64,000 nt of DNA from an uncultured virus (IMG/VR IMGVR_UViG_3300027026_000009) (IMGVR_UViG_3300027026_000009), one strand, 5' to 3'. Shown: positions 55,386-64,000, counted from the first letter of the stretch. The notes: generated by a model from the sequence alone, not told the origin. Numbers and translations are program-made.

Positions 55386-56716
55386 TACAATTCAAGGGCT
55401 TGTTTTGCTTTTTGTTTTCTTTCCGCTTCTTCAATTATAGCTTCGGCAAGTGCTGTCTCTTTAGCTGTCGCTTTTTTGAGTTCGGTTACACTAGCTTCTT
55501 GTTTCTTTTCGGCAGTTGCTAAAAAGTCATCGTATTCCTTTTGCATACTTTTGATTAAACCGTCTCTTTGTTCTTCACTAAATAAGCTTAAAAAAGAAGC
55601 AGTCGCATCTGCTAAAGTTTTAGGCTTAATAATTTTTCTGGTCTGTCTGTTTTCAATATAGGCATTAAAAGTGTCACGATAAGAAACCATTAACCTCGTA
55701 GATACAAAAGCAACGCCATTTAAGTTTGCTTCATTTATCTTTTGTCGTAAGACGGCTAGGAAATTAAAGACAAATGTTAGATTGTATTTGAATTTTGATA
55801 AAAGTTCGTATTCAAATCTATAATTGTAAGTAACCCTATAACAGCTACCCGCAAACCTATCTTGTAACGAGAGGTCTTGCTTAAAGTTGGCTTCATAGTC
55901 TTTATTAGCTTCGTTCAATAAACTGTTACCAGTTGCTATAACGTAAAGATTCTTTAATTCAAATTGTTCGCCACGACCATTTGTAATTCTGGGTTTGTAT
56001 TTTTTCTTTTCGCCAGTAGCACAATTTGTACCGTCTTTGTCACCATCTTTAATTTTTGAGAGTGCATCATTTAAAAGACCCGCAGTATTAGGGTCTAGCT
56101 TAGGTAATTCATCTAATAAAAGTAATGCACCGTCATAAGGTTTACAATCTTTGTTCTCACCTAAATTTAGGTTTGCCCAAGCTTCAATTAAACGCCCTTC
56201 TTGATAGCCTTCAATGGTCTGTCCGCCAATAATGTCGGTTGGTGATGTAAATTGATTACAGTTTAGCGTTATCAATTTATAATTAATAGCATCAGCTATT
56301 TGACCCGCCATGTAAGTTTTACCAGTTCCCGCTTCACCATAGAGATAGGAATTTAACCTTGCTTTTTGGTCGGACAAAAGAACAAAGAACAATCGCCTTT
56401 TATCTTTAAAAGTGCCACTGTAAACTACTTCATCATCCCTAGTAATGTCATAGGTTACATTTTCGCTTGCGCTTGATAGGTTTAAAGACTTTATGCGTTC
56501 ATCTATAAGTTTGTTAACTTCTGTCTTATTAACACCGCCAGAATCAACCTTTTTTGCTTCTTCTATTAGCTTGTTAACATCGTTAATCAACTCACTGAAA
56601 TCGGCAGATTTTGACACAGCTTTTGCTTCGTCTCTTTGCCTTAATAGTTCAATCGCCTTTTGTCGAATACCTTCTGATGGGCTTTGCGTCAGTTTTATTA
56701 AATCTTCTCTAGTCAT
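55385..56716 (-). CDS. MoxR/CbbQ/CobS-type AAA+ ATPase
   Basis: LYGEAGTGKT, LLLLDE, VIATGN, QD.S.QDRF, VSTR. Confidence 0.85.
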   Translation of the reverse strand: MTREDLIKLTQSPSEGIRQKAIELLRQRDEAKAVSKSADFSELINDVNKLIEEAKKVDSGGVNKTEVNKLIDERIKSLNLSSASENVTYDITRDDEVVYSGTFKDKRRLFFVLLSDQKARLNSYLYGEAGTGKTYMAGQIADAINYKLITLNCNQFTSPTDIIGGQTIEGYQEGRLIEAWANLNLGENKDCKPYDGALLLLDELPKLDPNTAGLLNDALSKIKDGDKDGTNCATGEKKKYKPRITNGRGEQFELKNLYVIATGNSLLNEANKDYEANFKQDLSLQDRFAGSCYRVTYNYRFEYELLSKFKYNLTFVFNFLAVLRQKINEANLNGVAFVSTRLMVSYRDTFNAYIENRQTRKIIKPKTLADATASFLSLFSEEQRDGLIKSMQKEYDDFLATAEKKQEASVTELKKATAKETALAEAIIEEAERKQKAKQALEL

Positions 56717-58127
56717 AATCTTCTATTATAAGTTCTGGGTCGTTTAGCACCTCGGTTAAATCAAAATTATTGTCGTTTTGACTGAAGCCGTCTTGATTTA
56801 TTAAATAAGTGTCGATATTTTCTTCTATATTTTCTTCTAAAATGTCAAACCTATCATTGAGTGCTTGTTTTTCTAAATTTTCTTCTATTTGGTTAAAAGT
56901 ATTCAAAAAGTTTTTAGGATCTGAATTTGAATCTCTTAATGGTCTTGCTTTGATAGTGTTTGGTTTAGTGTCTAGCTTAAAGGTGACTTCAACTATGTTA
57001 TTTATTATTTCAATTTTTACAATGTCTTTTTTTGATAAAAACAAATCTGGAATTACATCTTGAACTCTGTCATAAGACGACTTTAAGATATTGTTCCATA
57101 TTCTTTGAACAATTAATTTGTTACGTTTGGTAACATCATCTGTACCTTGACCGACTTGTTTCATTACAGTTTCCATAAATTTTTGTGAATCACGATTTAC
57201 CCAAAAAGGTAACTCATATTCGATAGTAGCGTCACCAAATTGAATAGCCCTTTGCATTATATTTTCTTGCGTTTCCAAAAAGTCAATGTACGCTTCAAAA
57301 TTGTCACCAGTATCTAAATCTTTAAGCCTTTGTGCTTGCGATTTTACAATTGCAATTTGACGTTCTAAACTGTCATTTTGTTCATTGTTTTGGTTTTCAC
57401 TTTCGCCCTCACCTTCGCCATCACCTTCAGCTTGACCTTCGCCATCGCCTTCGCCTTGACCTTCACCATCGCCTTCGCCTTGATCCTCACCTTCACCCTC
57501 GCCTTGACCTTCGCCTTCATCCTCACCTTCACCTTGACCTTCGCCTTCATCCTCACCTTCACCTTGACCTTCACCATCGCCTTCGCCTTCGCCTTGACCT
57601 TCACCCTCACCTTCGCCTTCGCCTTGACCTTCACCATCGCCTTCGCCTTCGCCTTGACCTTCGCCCTCGCCAATTTCATCATTGTCTGGGTCTTGCGATG
57701 AAGGACTACTACCAAATAAGTCATCTGCGTTCATGTCGCCATCAACGTTTTCCATTGCATTTGCTATCGCATCCTCGATTTCGTCTGGATTACCTTCAAT
57801 TTCTGCTATCCCGCTATCAATATCACCAAACAGTTCATTGTCGGCATCTATTTCGCCAATCGCTTCGGTATCTATGCCAGAGAAATCATTTTCAACCTTG
57901 TCAACCCTTTCAAATCTGTTATACATACCTAAAAGCCTTTTTCGGCTTTCTACCGTTTCTTCAATATCTGCATCTTCATCTAGGTCAAATATTTTGTCTA
58001 TTTCGGCACTGGTTAAATCCCTTACCTTATCCTTAAACTGACTTTCAGTAACAAGGTAGCTTTTAAAATCTGCATCAACTCCGCCAGTGACACTTAAAAA
58101 TCTCTCTAAAATTTCTTTATCTGTCAT
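56709..58127 (-). CDS. Acidic protein with long Gly-Glu repeat
   Basis: About 90-aa GEGQGEGE tract. Confidence 0.75.
   Translation of the reverse strand: MTDKEILERFLSVTGGVDADFKSYLVTESQFKDKVRDLTSAEIDKIFDLDEDADIEETVESRKRLLGMYNRFERVDKVENDFSGIDTEAIGEIDADNELFGDIDSGIAEIEGNPDEIEDAIANAMENVDGDMNADDLFGSSPSSQDPDNDEIGEGEGQGEGEGDGEGQGEGEGEGEGQGEGEGDGEGQGEGEDEGEGQGEGEDEGEGQGEGEGEDQGEGDGEGQGEGDGEGQAEGDGEGEGESENQNNEQNDSLERQIAIVKSQAQRLKDLDTGDNFEAYIDFLETQENIMQRAIQFGDATIEYELPFWVNRDSQKFMETVMKQVGQGTDDVTKRNKLIVQRIWNNILKSSYDRVQDVIPDLFLSKKDIVKIEIINNIVEVTFKLDTKPNTIKARPLRDSNSDPKNFLNTFNQIEENLEKQALNDRFDILEENIEENIDTYLINQDGFSQNDNNFDLTEVLNDPELIIEDYD
57404..57672. repeat. Low-complexity tandem repeat (24-30-bp units)
   Basis: Iterated CCTTGACCTTC(G/A)CC. 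Confidence 0.9.
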
Positions 58128-61100
58128 GTTGATTAGTTTTTAATTTACCACCAAGTTCAAACCTAAAGTCATCTAGTATAGGATTAAACATTGTTGCATT
58201 TTTTAACTTAACTTGATTACTGTTAAAAATTGCACAAGCCTTGGTAATGTTTTCTTTACCATTAATTATGTCGCTAGGGTTGTTTTCCATATAAAAATAG
58301 CCATCATATTGGGTGTTTAGGCGTATGTGTCTATTAAGTTTTGGATATTGCCTTATAAGTTGCCAAGCACGTATTTTAAATTTAGTCATGTTTCCTTCAA
58401 GAATAGGTGCTTTGATTTTGCTCGGTAGGAAATCATAAATGTTTGACGATGGATAAAATGTAGCAATATATCTTACGATTTCAGCAAAATCATATTGGTC
58501 GGTCTTAAAAGGTGTAAGATCAATAGGGTTCTTTATGTCCACAAAGGTTTCCATAAGATATTTGCCTTCAGCATTAGGGCTTTGGGCGTTTTGAGCAAAC
58601 CATAAGGCGTAACTTCTATTTTCGGCTAGATAAAAAACACCGTTTGAGGTTTGTCTATAACTGTACTTTCGTCTCGCTGATCCGTTATAATAAATCTGTG
58701 GCATACCGTTTTTATCGACCGCTTTTGAAACACCTTCATTATTTCCTTTTTTTATTGCACGTTCCCAATCACCAAACCACTTTTTAAATTTTTCAGTATA
58801 AATAACATCTTTGTCAAAAACATTATTACCGATAACTTGTACTCCGTCCTTTTCTTCATAAACTTCGCCTTTATGCAATCGTTCAAGAATACGGTAGATA
58901 ACCCCTATTTCACCGCCTTGTTGGGTAAAGTAAATCTTATATTTTTGTTGTTGAAGTTCTTTTAACTCATTTAGTAAATCCAGTCTCAACGACCCTTCGT
59001 ATTCTATTGGATCAAGCTGAAGTTGTATCTGTTTTTCTGCAATCAGTTCATTTATAAATTTAAGTGTGAGTTCATACTCATTCTTACTTAATTTAAAGGA
59101 TTCTGACATGGCGTTATTTATGTTAACCAACGCTTCGTTTGTTATTGTTGAATATGCGCTATCCTCGGCATCTGAATTAAATTCAATCGGTCTTGGGTCA
59201 CTTTTTATATAAAAATCTTTCTCGACATCAATTTCATCATCTGTTATAGTTACCTTTCTGTCTGAAGTAAGATCTTCTAGCGTATATTCATTGCCTTTCC
59301 AACTTGACTTTATAATGCTTTTAACTTTGTAAGTTTTATAAACGTTATCTACTGGTATGTACTCATAAAAAAGGTCATTTGCTTCCAGTCTATATTTAAT
59401 ACCGAAGTCCACCCAACTGTCAACATTATAAACTTTACCACTGTCCAGTTCCATTTTTAAAACATTGTTCTGGAAGTAAACACGCTCAACTTTATCATCA
59501 CCGCCAGCAAATTTTATTGTGTCATATTTTTTGGGTACAACCTTAGAAGGCATTAATTGATACGGCTGACCTTTTGTAAAATTTCTAGGCGAACCGTTCA
59601 CCAAATTAATTCCATCCCATGATCCGTCATTCTTGACATTAGTTACTTTGTATATTCTAGCACCTATTCTTACAACCTCAAACTGTTTAGGAGTATCTGT
59701 CTTTTGTGGTTCACTATTTGTTTCAGTTTCATTATTGTTTATGGTTTCATAATTAAGCGGTCTTAGAATCATAAAATCGTTACTGGCTCTATTCCAAGGT
59801 TGGCTGTTTGAAAAAGTTTCAGTTGAGTTTCCAGATTGAGCAGTAATTTCGACCGTTGTAGTTCTAGGCGTATTACCACTAAATTTTACGTCTGTTATAT
59901 TCCATAGATTTATAGTGCTGTATTCATAGCCGTTACGTTTCGCTAATAAAGCACCTCTTTTGATTAATGGTAAAACATATCTTACCCTACGTCCGTTTGT
60001 TTTAAAAGCATCGCCATCTTTTGCTCTTACGGTATATATAAACTCACCATTGATACGTTCAACTTTTTCAACTTTTAATTGTGTTTCATCTGTATCTAAA
60101 ATTATAGTGTCGTTTTTTCTTATTAGTTGTTGGTCTAATAAAGAAAAATTAGAAACCTCTTGCCAAAGCTTTAATTGCCCACTGACAATGTTAACAAAAA
60201 ATACTTTATCGCTCGATGTCTTAAAAACACGCCAAATATTTACTGTATCATTATCTAAAAAATAAATTTGCCCAATCGTAAAGTCTTTTTCATAAACTGT
60301 ACTTATATCTTTAAATACTTCATTTGTTTCTTCCGTATTTTGTGATTGTTCTGAAGTTGATGTTAAATTGTTTGAAACTAAACTATCGGGTGCAACGGTA
60401 TAATTTGGGTGATTTTTGAAAATATATTTTCTCTGTTCTGGTTTTATTTTAAGATAGTTTCCTTTTAAGAATTTTTCCCAATTAACCAGATTAGCCCAAT
60501 AGCTTTTCTTTATGTACTTAAAAAACCTATCAACCTTTTCGGCTTCCGACATTTGATAGTAATTGTCTATATTGATTTGTTTAGACGTATTTCTTTTTGA
60601 GCCGTCAACTGTTCTAAACCCCCAAACAACCCTTTCATTTTCCACATATATATAAGCGACCCTTCTTGGTTCGGTCAGTTCGTCAAGCTTTATAATTAAA
60701 GAGGACATAGTTTCAACAGCTTGCCTTTCGCCAAGAGAAATAAATCCCGCACACTGCAACATAGGATTAACCGTACTAAAAAGCTTTGGGTACTTTTCCA
60801 TGGTTTCATTTGCTGTTGTGCTTAAAACGGATGTAACGTCAATACACCAAAACCAATCTGACGGATTTGTGTCTGCTTTTATAAATTCTGTCCAGTCATA
60901 ATTTTTAGCGTAAGGGATGGTTTTTATAATAGTTTTTAAAAAAAACGACAATCCATTATTAACACTTCCAACTGGATTATAGAGTAAAAGTGCATCGTAA
61001 TTCCAATTACCGCTAATGTTATTCCATGAAATTACGACCGCTTTTTCTGCATTTACAGCAGTCCTCATTTCCATTTTATTGAAATTGTTACTTCTAATGG

Positions 61101-61737
61101 TTCTAAAAAATGCTAAAAACTCTTTATAGCTATTTATTTTAATGCTTATTTTTTCATTTTCAAAAACCATGTATTGAACCTTTGGATGGTAGCTTTGAAA
61201 AAGGTCTGCCACACCATCTTCGTTGTCTCGTATGATTTCATCAAGACGTGCGATAGGGTCATTCAATACTCCACCATCCGCAAAAGTAATGGTGTTTTTC
61301 TCATCTTTACTGTCTGGTTTATCTTCAGTATGCTCACACCCGCATTTGGACATTTCGTACAGTAAATGATCGGCATCTACCGTTTTGCCCCCAAACTCGT
61401 ATTCGCCTTGCTCAACCTCAATTTCAAAATCCTCTGGAATTTCACCACCATCCGCAAAAGATACACCGCCACCGCTTACGTTTATTGCGCTCAATATTTC
61501 ACGGTTGGTCATCATCTTGCCGTTAAAGCTTCTTTTTGTTTTGTCGCTTACAGCGTTTCTGGTTATAACAACTTCACCACCTTCCATTTCCAAGGGCTGA
61601 CCAGTGCTTTTGTTTATAGCCTTAATCCCGCCAGAAGAATGTCTTTTTCCCACTAACATTCCGCCCGCAGAACCGCTTTTGTGTACTATCTTTCCTTTTA
61701 AGTCTGGATTGTCTGGATTGAAATTACCTTTGCTCAT
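58117..61737 (-). CDS. 1206-aa polyvalent protein with C-terminal ART-PolyVal-like domain
   Basis: FKKWFGDWE...SKAVDKNG.P.IYYNGS...G.FY....YA...FVDIKNPIDL; FADGG twice, YEFGG, FELGG. Confidence 0.75.
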   Translation of the reverse strand: MSKGNFNPDNPDLKGKIVHKSGSAGGMLVGKRHSSGGIKAINKSTGQPLEMEGGEVVITRNAVSDKTKRSFNGKMMTNREILSAINVSGGGVSFADGGEIPEDFEIEVEQGEYEFGGKTVDADHLLYEMSKCGCEHTEDKPDSKDEKNTITFADGGVLNDPIARLDEIIRDNEDGVADLFQSYHPKVQYMVFENEKISIKINSYKEFLAFFRTIRSNNFNKMEMRTAVNAEKAVVISWNNISGNWNYDALLLYNPVGSVNNGLSFFLKTIIKTIPYAKNYDWTEFIKADTNPSDWFWCIDVTSVLSTTANETMEKYPKLFSTVNPMLQCAGFISLGERQAVETMSSLIIKLDELTEPRRVAYIYVENERVVWGFRTVDGSKRNTSKQINIDNYYQMSEAEKVDRFFKYIKKSYWANLVNWEKFLKGNYLKIKPEQRKYIFKNHPNYTVAPDSLVSNNLTSTSEQSQNTEETNEVFKDISTVYEKDFTIGQIYFLDNDTVNIWRVFKTSSDKVFFVNIVSGQLKLWQEVSNFSLLDQQLIRKNDTIILDTDETQLKVEKVERINGEFIYTVRAKDGDAFKTNGRRVRYVLPLIKRGALLAKRNGYEYSTINLWNITDVKFSGNTPRTTTVEITAQSGNSTETFSNSQPWNRASNDFMILRPLNYETINNNETETNSEPQKTDTPKQFEVVRIGARIYKVTNVKNDGSWDGINLVNGSPRNFTKGQPYQLMPSKVVPKKYDTIKFAGGDDKVERVYFQNNVLKMELDSGKVYNVDSWVDFGIKYRLEANDLFYEYIPVDNVYKTYKVKSIIKSSWKGNEYTLEDLTSDRKVTITDDEIDVEKDFYIKSDPRPIEFNSDAEDSAYSTITNEALVNINNAMSESFKLSKNEYELTLKFINELIAEKQIQLQLDPIEYEGSLRLDLLNELKELQQQKYKIYFTQQGGEIGVIYRILERLHKGEVYEEKDGVQVIGNNVFDKDVIYTEKFKKWFGDWERAIKKGNNEGVSKAVDKNGMPQIYYNGSARRKYSYRQTSNGVFYLAENRSYALWFAQNAQSPNAEGKYLMETFVDIKNPIDLTPFKTDQYDFAEIVRYIATFYPSSNIYDFLPSKIKAPILEGNMTKFKIRAWQLIRQYPKLNRHIRLNTQYDGYFYMENNPSDIINGKENITKACAIFNSNQVKLKNATMFNPILDDFRFELGGKLKTNQHDR

Positions 61738-61756
61738 TAGCTGAATTTTATCATCG

Positions 61757-61890
61757 CTAAATTATTAAAAATCGGATTATTACCTTTCGGTAATTGCATA
61801 AATAAGCACAATAAATCGCTATATGTGTATTTAATTGCAATTTTTCGGCTTTTTGGTGCTTAAAAATATCAAATTTTACCTATAAAATTG
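61757..61890. promoter_or_regulatory. Divergent late-class promoters
   Basis: Minus: TAATTTAG 61764-61757 with GCACAATA at 61806 (offset 42). Plus: AATTGCAA ends 61840, TAAAATTG starts 61883 (offset 43). Confidence 0.55.
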
Positions 61891-61947
61891 TGAAAACGCT
61901 AGTTTTGTTAAATAAGAATTGTCAATTCATTAAAAAACAATATTGTT

Positions 61948-62067
61948 ATGAAAGATTTATTAGACATCAAAAGTCCTAACTTTTTAGGCGGGAACAACGT
62001 TCACAATTTAATCACTATCGGTCTTTTAACGGCTGTGGCTTGGAAATGTGGTGTGTTCAAAAAATAA
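61948..62067 (+). CDS. 39-aa single-TM protein in its own transcription unit (not in ORF track)
   Basis: MKDLLDIKSPNFLGGNNVHNLITIGLLTAVAWKCGVFKK; A-rich leader; terminator downstream. Confidence 0.65.
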   Translation: MKDLLDIKSPNFLGGNNVHNLITIGLLTAVAWKCGVFKK

Positions 62068-62090
62068 GCATTTGCTTTGAAAGAGAAAAT

Positions 62091-62123
62091 AAAAAAGGCT
62101 ACCAGATCGGTAGCCATTTTTTT
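62091..62123. terminator. Bidirectional terminator
   Basis: A-tract, GGCTACC/GGTAGCC stem, T-tract, between convergent genes. Confidence 0.8.
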
Positions 62124-62139
62124 TGGAGGAATTTTACAT

Positions 62140-62412
62140 TTAAGACTTAGGTAATAAGCCAAAACGTTTAACGGTGATTGCAAGATCGCCTTTTGCGTAA
62201 CCTACATAACCGTCTTTACTAATATACATAAAATAATTTACCGAATTTGGTCTTTGCTCATTTTGCAAGGTTATTTTTATTTTCTCGTTCGGCTTGCCTT
62301 TGCGCACAAGTCGTTTTGACTTGACTTTAAGCACCACTTCGTTTCCTTTCGCCATTGCACTATCAAAAAGTATTTTCACTCGGTCGTTGCGTTTTAAATT
62401 TTCTACTTTCAT
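62140..62412 (-). CDS. Basic SH3-like hypothetical protein
   Basis: Operon ORF. Confidence 0.6.
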   Translation of the reverse strand: MKVENLKRNDRVKILFDSAMAKGNEVVLKVKSKRLVRKGKPNEKIKITLQNEQRPNSVNYFMYISKDGYVGYAKGDLAITVKRFGLLPKS

Positions 62413-62603
62413 GCTCTCTTAATGATTTTGACGATTTTTCTGTCAGTTTCGCTTAAAGCGTTCATCCATTCTTCTGTAACTTCTGAAATGTGAACCGCTT
62501 CGCTAATATCAGCACTTGCGCTTCCGTCTGCGGATAATGGGTAAGTATTGCCACAGCAAGGGCAAATTGAACATCCTACGCTTTCTAATTTAATTAGGTT
62601 CAT
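62409..62603 (-). CDS. Small Cys-containing protein
   Basis: Likely start MNLIKLES; CSICPCCG. Confidence 0.5.
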   Translation of the reverse strand: MNLIKLESVGCSICPCCGNTYPLSADGSASADISEAVHISEVTEEWMNALSETDRKIVKIIKRA

Positions 62604-62605
62604 AA

Positions 62606-62845
62606 CTATATCTTTTGGTTTGTTATTTGTTCTAAAACAACATGAAGGTCTGCGCCCGCATTTACTGGGTGGCTTGACCCGCTTTCCCACTCGCTAGTGG
62701 TCATGTTCCATGTCTTGATGAAATAATCCTTGGAAAGATTATAATATCGATGGACTAGCATAAATAGATTGCTTGCTACAATGTGTTCGACAAAATAATC
62801 ATTTGTCTTTAGGTTAATTCCATCAATTATTAAACAAATTGCCAT
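62606..62845 (-). CDS. Hypothetical protein
   Basis: Operon ORF. Confidence 0.55.
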   Translation of the reverse strand: MAICLIIDGINLKTNDYFVEHIVASNLFMLVHRYYNLSKDYFIKTWNMTTSEWESGSSHPVNAGADLHVVLEQITNQKI

Positions 62846-62857
62846 ATCTAATTTTTT

Positions 62858-63232
62858 TTAAAGGTCAAAGATTGAAACTGCGCCACTGTTATTTGACTTG
62901 ATAAATGACTTACCTACCGCTTCACCCGCAGTGGACATTATTTGGCTCTTAATCACTTTCCAGTCATCTTCGGCAAACTCAACTTCAGTAAGCTTGTCAA
63001 TTTGTAGGTGAAGGAAGTAAGCACCGCCACTATGAGGTCGTGACATTTTGCCTTTGCCATTAACATCAATCCTAGCAATTCTAGTGCTACTTTGAATAGT
63101 GATGTTTTTGGCATCTTCGTCAATAGGATAAACAATGAAGTCTTGGGGCTTTCTCATTCCTTGGGCTTTCATTTCAATAGAAATTGTACCCATGATGTTT
63201 TTCTTAATACTTAAAACTTGAACTGGTTGCAT
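62858..63232 (-). CDS. Hypothetical phage protein
   Basis: Follows an early-class promoter. Confidence 0.7.
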   Translation of the reverse strand: MQPVQVLSIKKNIMGTISIEMKAQGMRKPQDFIVYPIDEDAKNITIQSSTRIARIDVNGKGKMSRPHSGGAYFLHLQIDKLTEVEFAEDDWKVIKSQIMSTAGEAVGKSFIKSNNSGAVSIFDL

Positions 63233-63278
63233 AACTAACATTTTTGATTACAGAACAAATGTAAGCTTTAAGTACGAC
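63230..63278 (-). promoter_or_regulatory. Early-class promoter
   Basis: GTCGTAC-8nt-TACATTTG-4nt-GTAATCAAAA. Confidence 0.8.
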
Positions 63279-63319
63279 TTATCCAAATAAAATTTATTTT
63301 TTTTTCGTACATTAGCCGT

Positions 63320-63392
63320 GTTGTAACTTATAGGGTATAACGTATCATGGTTGGTTAAACAAAAGAGGAAGCTTTCGGGCTTCCTTTTTTTT
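63320..63392 (+). ncRNA. Candidate small RNA 4
   Basis: TACATTAG 63308-63315; seed UCAUGGUU; GGAAGCU-UUCG-GGCUUCC terminator. Confidence 0.45.
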
Positions 63393-63406
63393 GTCAATTT
63401 AAAAAG

Positions 63407-63442
63407 TGAGAACTTTTGAGAACTTTTGAGAACTTTTGAGAA
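63407..63442. repeat. 10-bp tandem repeat (TGAGAACTTT x3.6)
   Basis: Directly visible, intergenic. Confidence 0.9.
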
Positions 63443-63448
63443 TCACTT

Positions 63449-63955
63449 TTAAAATAGGCTTAATATTGCTACTATAATTGCACCAACGGTAGTTCCTAAC
63501 AAGAAAGCTGTAAACTTGCCTTTAGCTTTTTCTTTGTAGTATAGAATTTCGTTTTCGTGAATCAATTTGTTGTTGTCAAATTGTTCATCCTTTATTGCTT
63601 TGATTGTTTCAAGTTGCCTTAGTTCGTTTTGAAGTTTTTCACGCACCACTTCACCAGAAGCAATTTTATTTTCCTTTAAGGTTATTTGCAATTTCAGACT
63701 TTCTATTTTGCTTTCAAGGATTTGGAAACGTAAATATTTTAAGTTTATGCTGTCCATGTGCGTTTCACTAATGAGTACCGCATTCAAACCGTTTAAATTT
63801 GCTTTTATCGGTTTTATAAGATTAAACTTTTCGGTCTTTAAAATAATCGTGCTATCTGTCGTTCGGAATTGTGTGTGAATCGGTGACAAACTTTGTGAAT
63901 GTAATAAAGTTTGGAACAAAATCACCAGAAGTATAGTCCTTAAAAGCGTCCTCAT
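63449..63955 (-). CDS. Signal peptide plus coiled coil plus C-terminal TM (spanin-like architecture)
   Basis: Hydrophobic ends with a heptad-rich middle. Confidence 0.5.
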   Translation of the reverse strand: MRTLLRTILLVILFQTLLHSQSLSPIHTQFRTTDSTIILKTEKFNLIKPIKANLNGLNAVLISETHMDSINLKYLRFQILESKIESLKLQITLKENKIASGEVVREKLQNELRQLETIKAIKDEQFDNNKLIHENEILYYKEKAKGKFTAFLLGTTVGAIIVAILSLF

Positions 63956-64000
63956 ATAATCTCAATTTATAATTGGCATAATCGACACGCTTTTGTATTC

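Noticed and set aside
57404..57672. Possible CRISPR array or collagen
   Set aside because: No unique spacers; GE dipeptide periodicity rather than Gly-X-Y; in frame within a CDS
57332..58041. Alternative-frame ORFs with His/Leu/Arg, Lys/Ala/Val or Phe/Thr/Ala repeats
   Set aside because: Shadow translations of the Gly-Glu tandem repeat in 56709..58127
62409..62603. LSADG motif in a small early protein
   Set aside because: Single occurrence outside the virion block; probably chance
1..64000. tRNA/rRNA genes, integrase, transposase, alternative genetic code
   Set aside because: None recognised by eye; ORFs tile densely under the standard bacterial code with TAA, TAG and TGA all used as stops

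Overview
AT-rich, gene-dense fragment of a large bacteriophage genome. The host is probably a Bacteroidota/Flavobacteriia: promoters carry TAnnTTT(G/A) -7 boxes, leaders are A-rich without Shine-Dalgarno sequences, and some genes encode Bacteroidota-type domains. No terminase, portal, HK97 capsid or tail genes are visible in the window. Instead, the minus-strand block (about 24.6-61.7 kb) has an FtsK/HerA-superfamily (A32/P9-type) packaging ATPase, a candidate jelly-roll major capsid protein with a clear paralog, about 30 small single-pass membrane proteins, a modular spike-like gene array, and two candidate processing enzymes (HEXXH metallopeptidase; LRAT-type permuted papain). This suggests an unusually large tailless, internal-membrane virus. 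The same block encodes a 2049-aa polyvalent protein whose RelA/SpoT-type synthetase and zeta-toxin kinase domains are bounded by about 20 repeated hydrophobic-x-x-G-G motifs, a 1206-aa protein with an ART-PolyVal-like domain, and a MoxR-type AAA+ module. The plus-strand block (0.3-24.6 kb) holds early small genes, a glycosylation cluster, cell-wall hydrolases and a minimal PolB-like core. The intergenic DNA shows a regulatory layer: an early promoter class with a shared GTAATCAAAA leader, a late promoter class with a box at fixed 42-bp offset, and at least four promoter-seed-terminator cassettes that look like trans-acting antisense small RNAs complementary to the phage's own leaders and start codons. 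All family calls were made by eye from motifs; no database searches were run.
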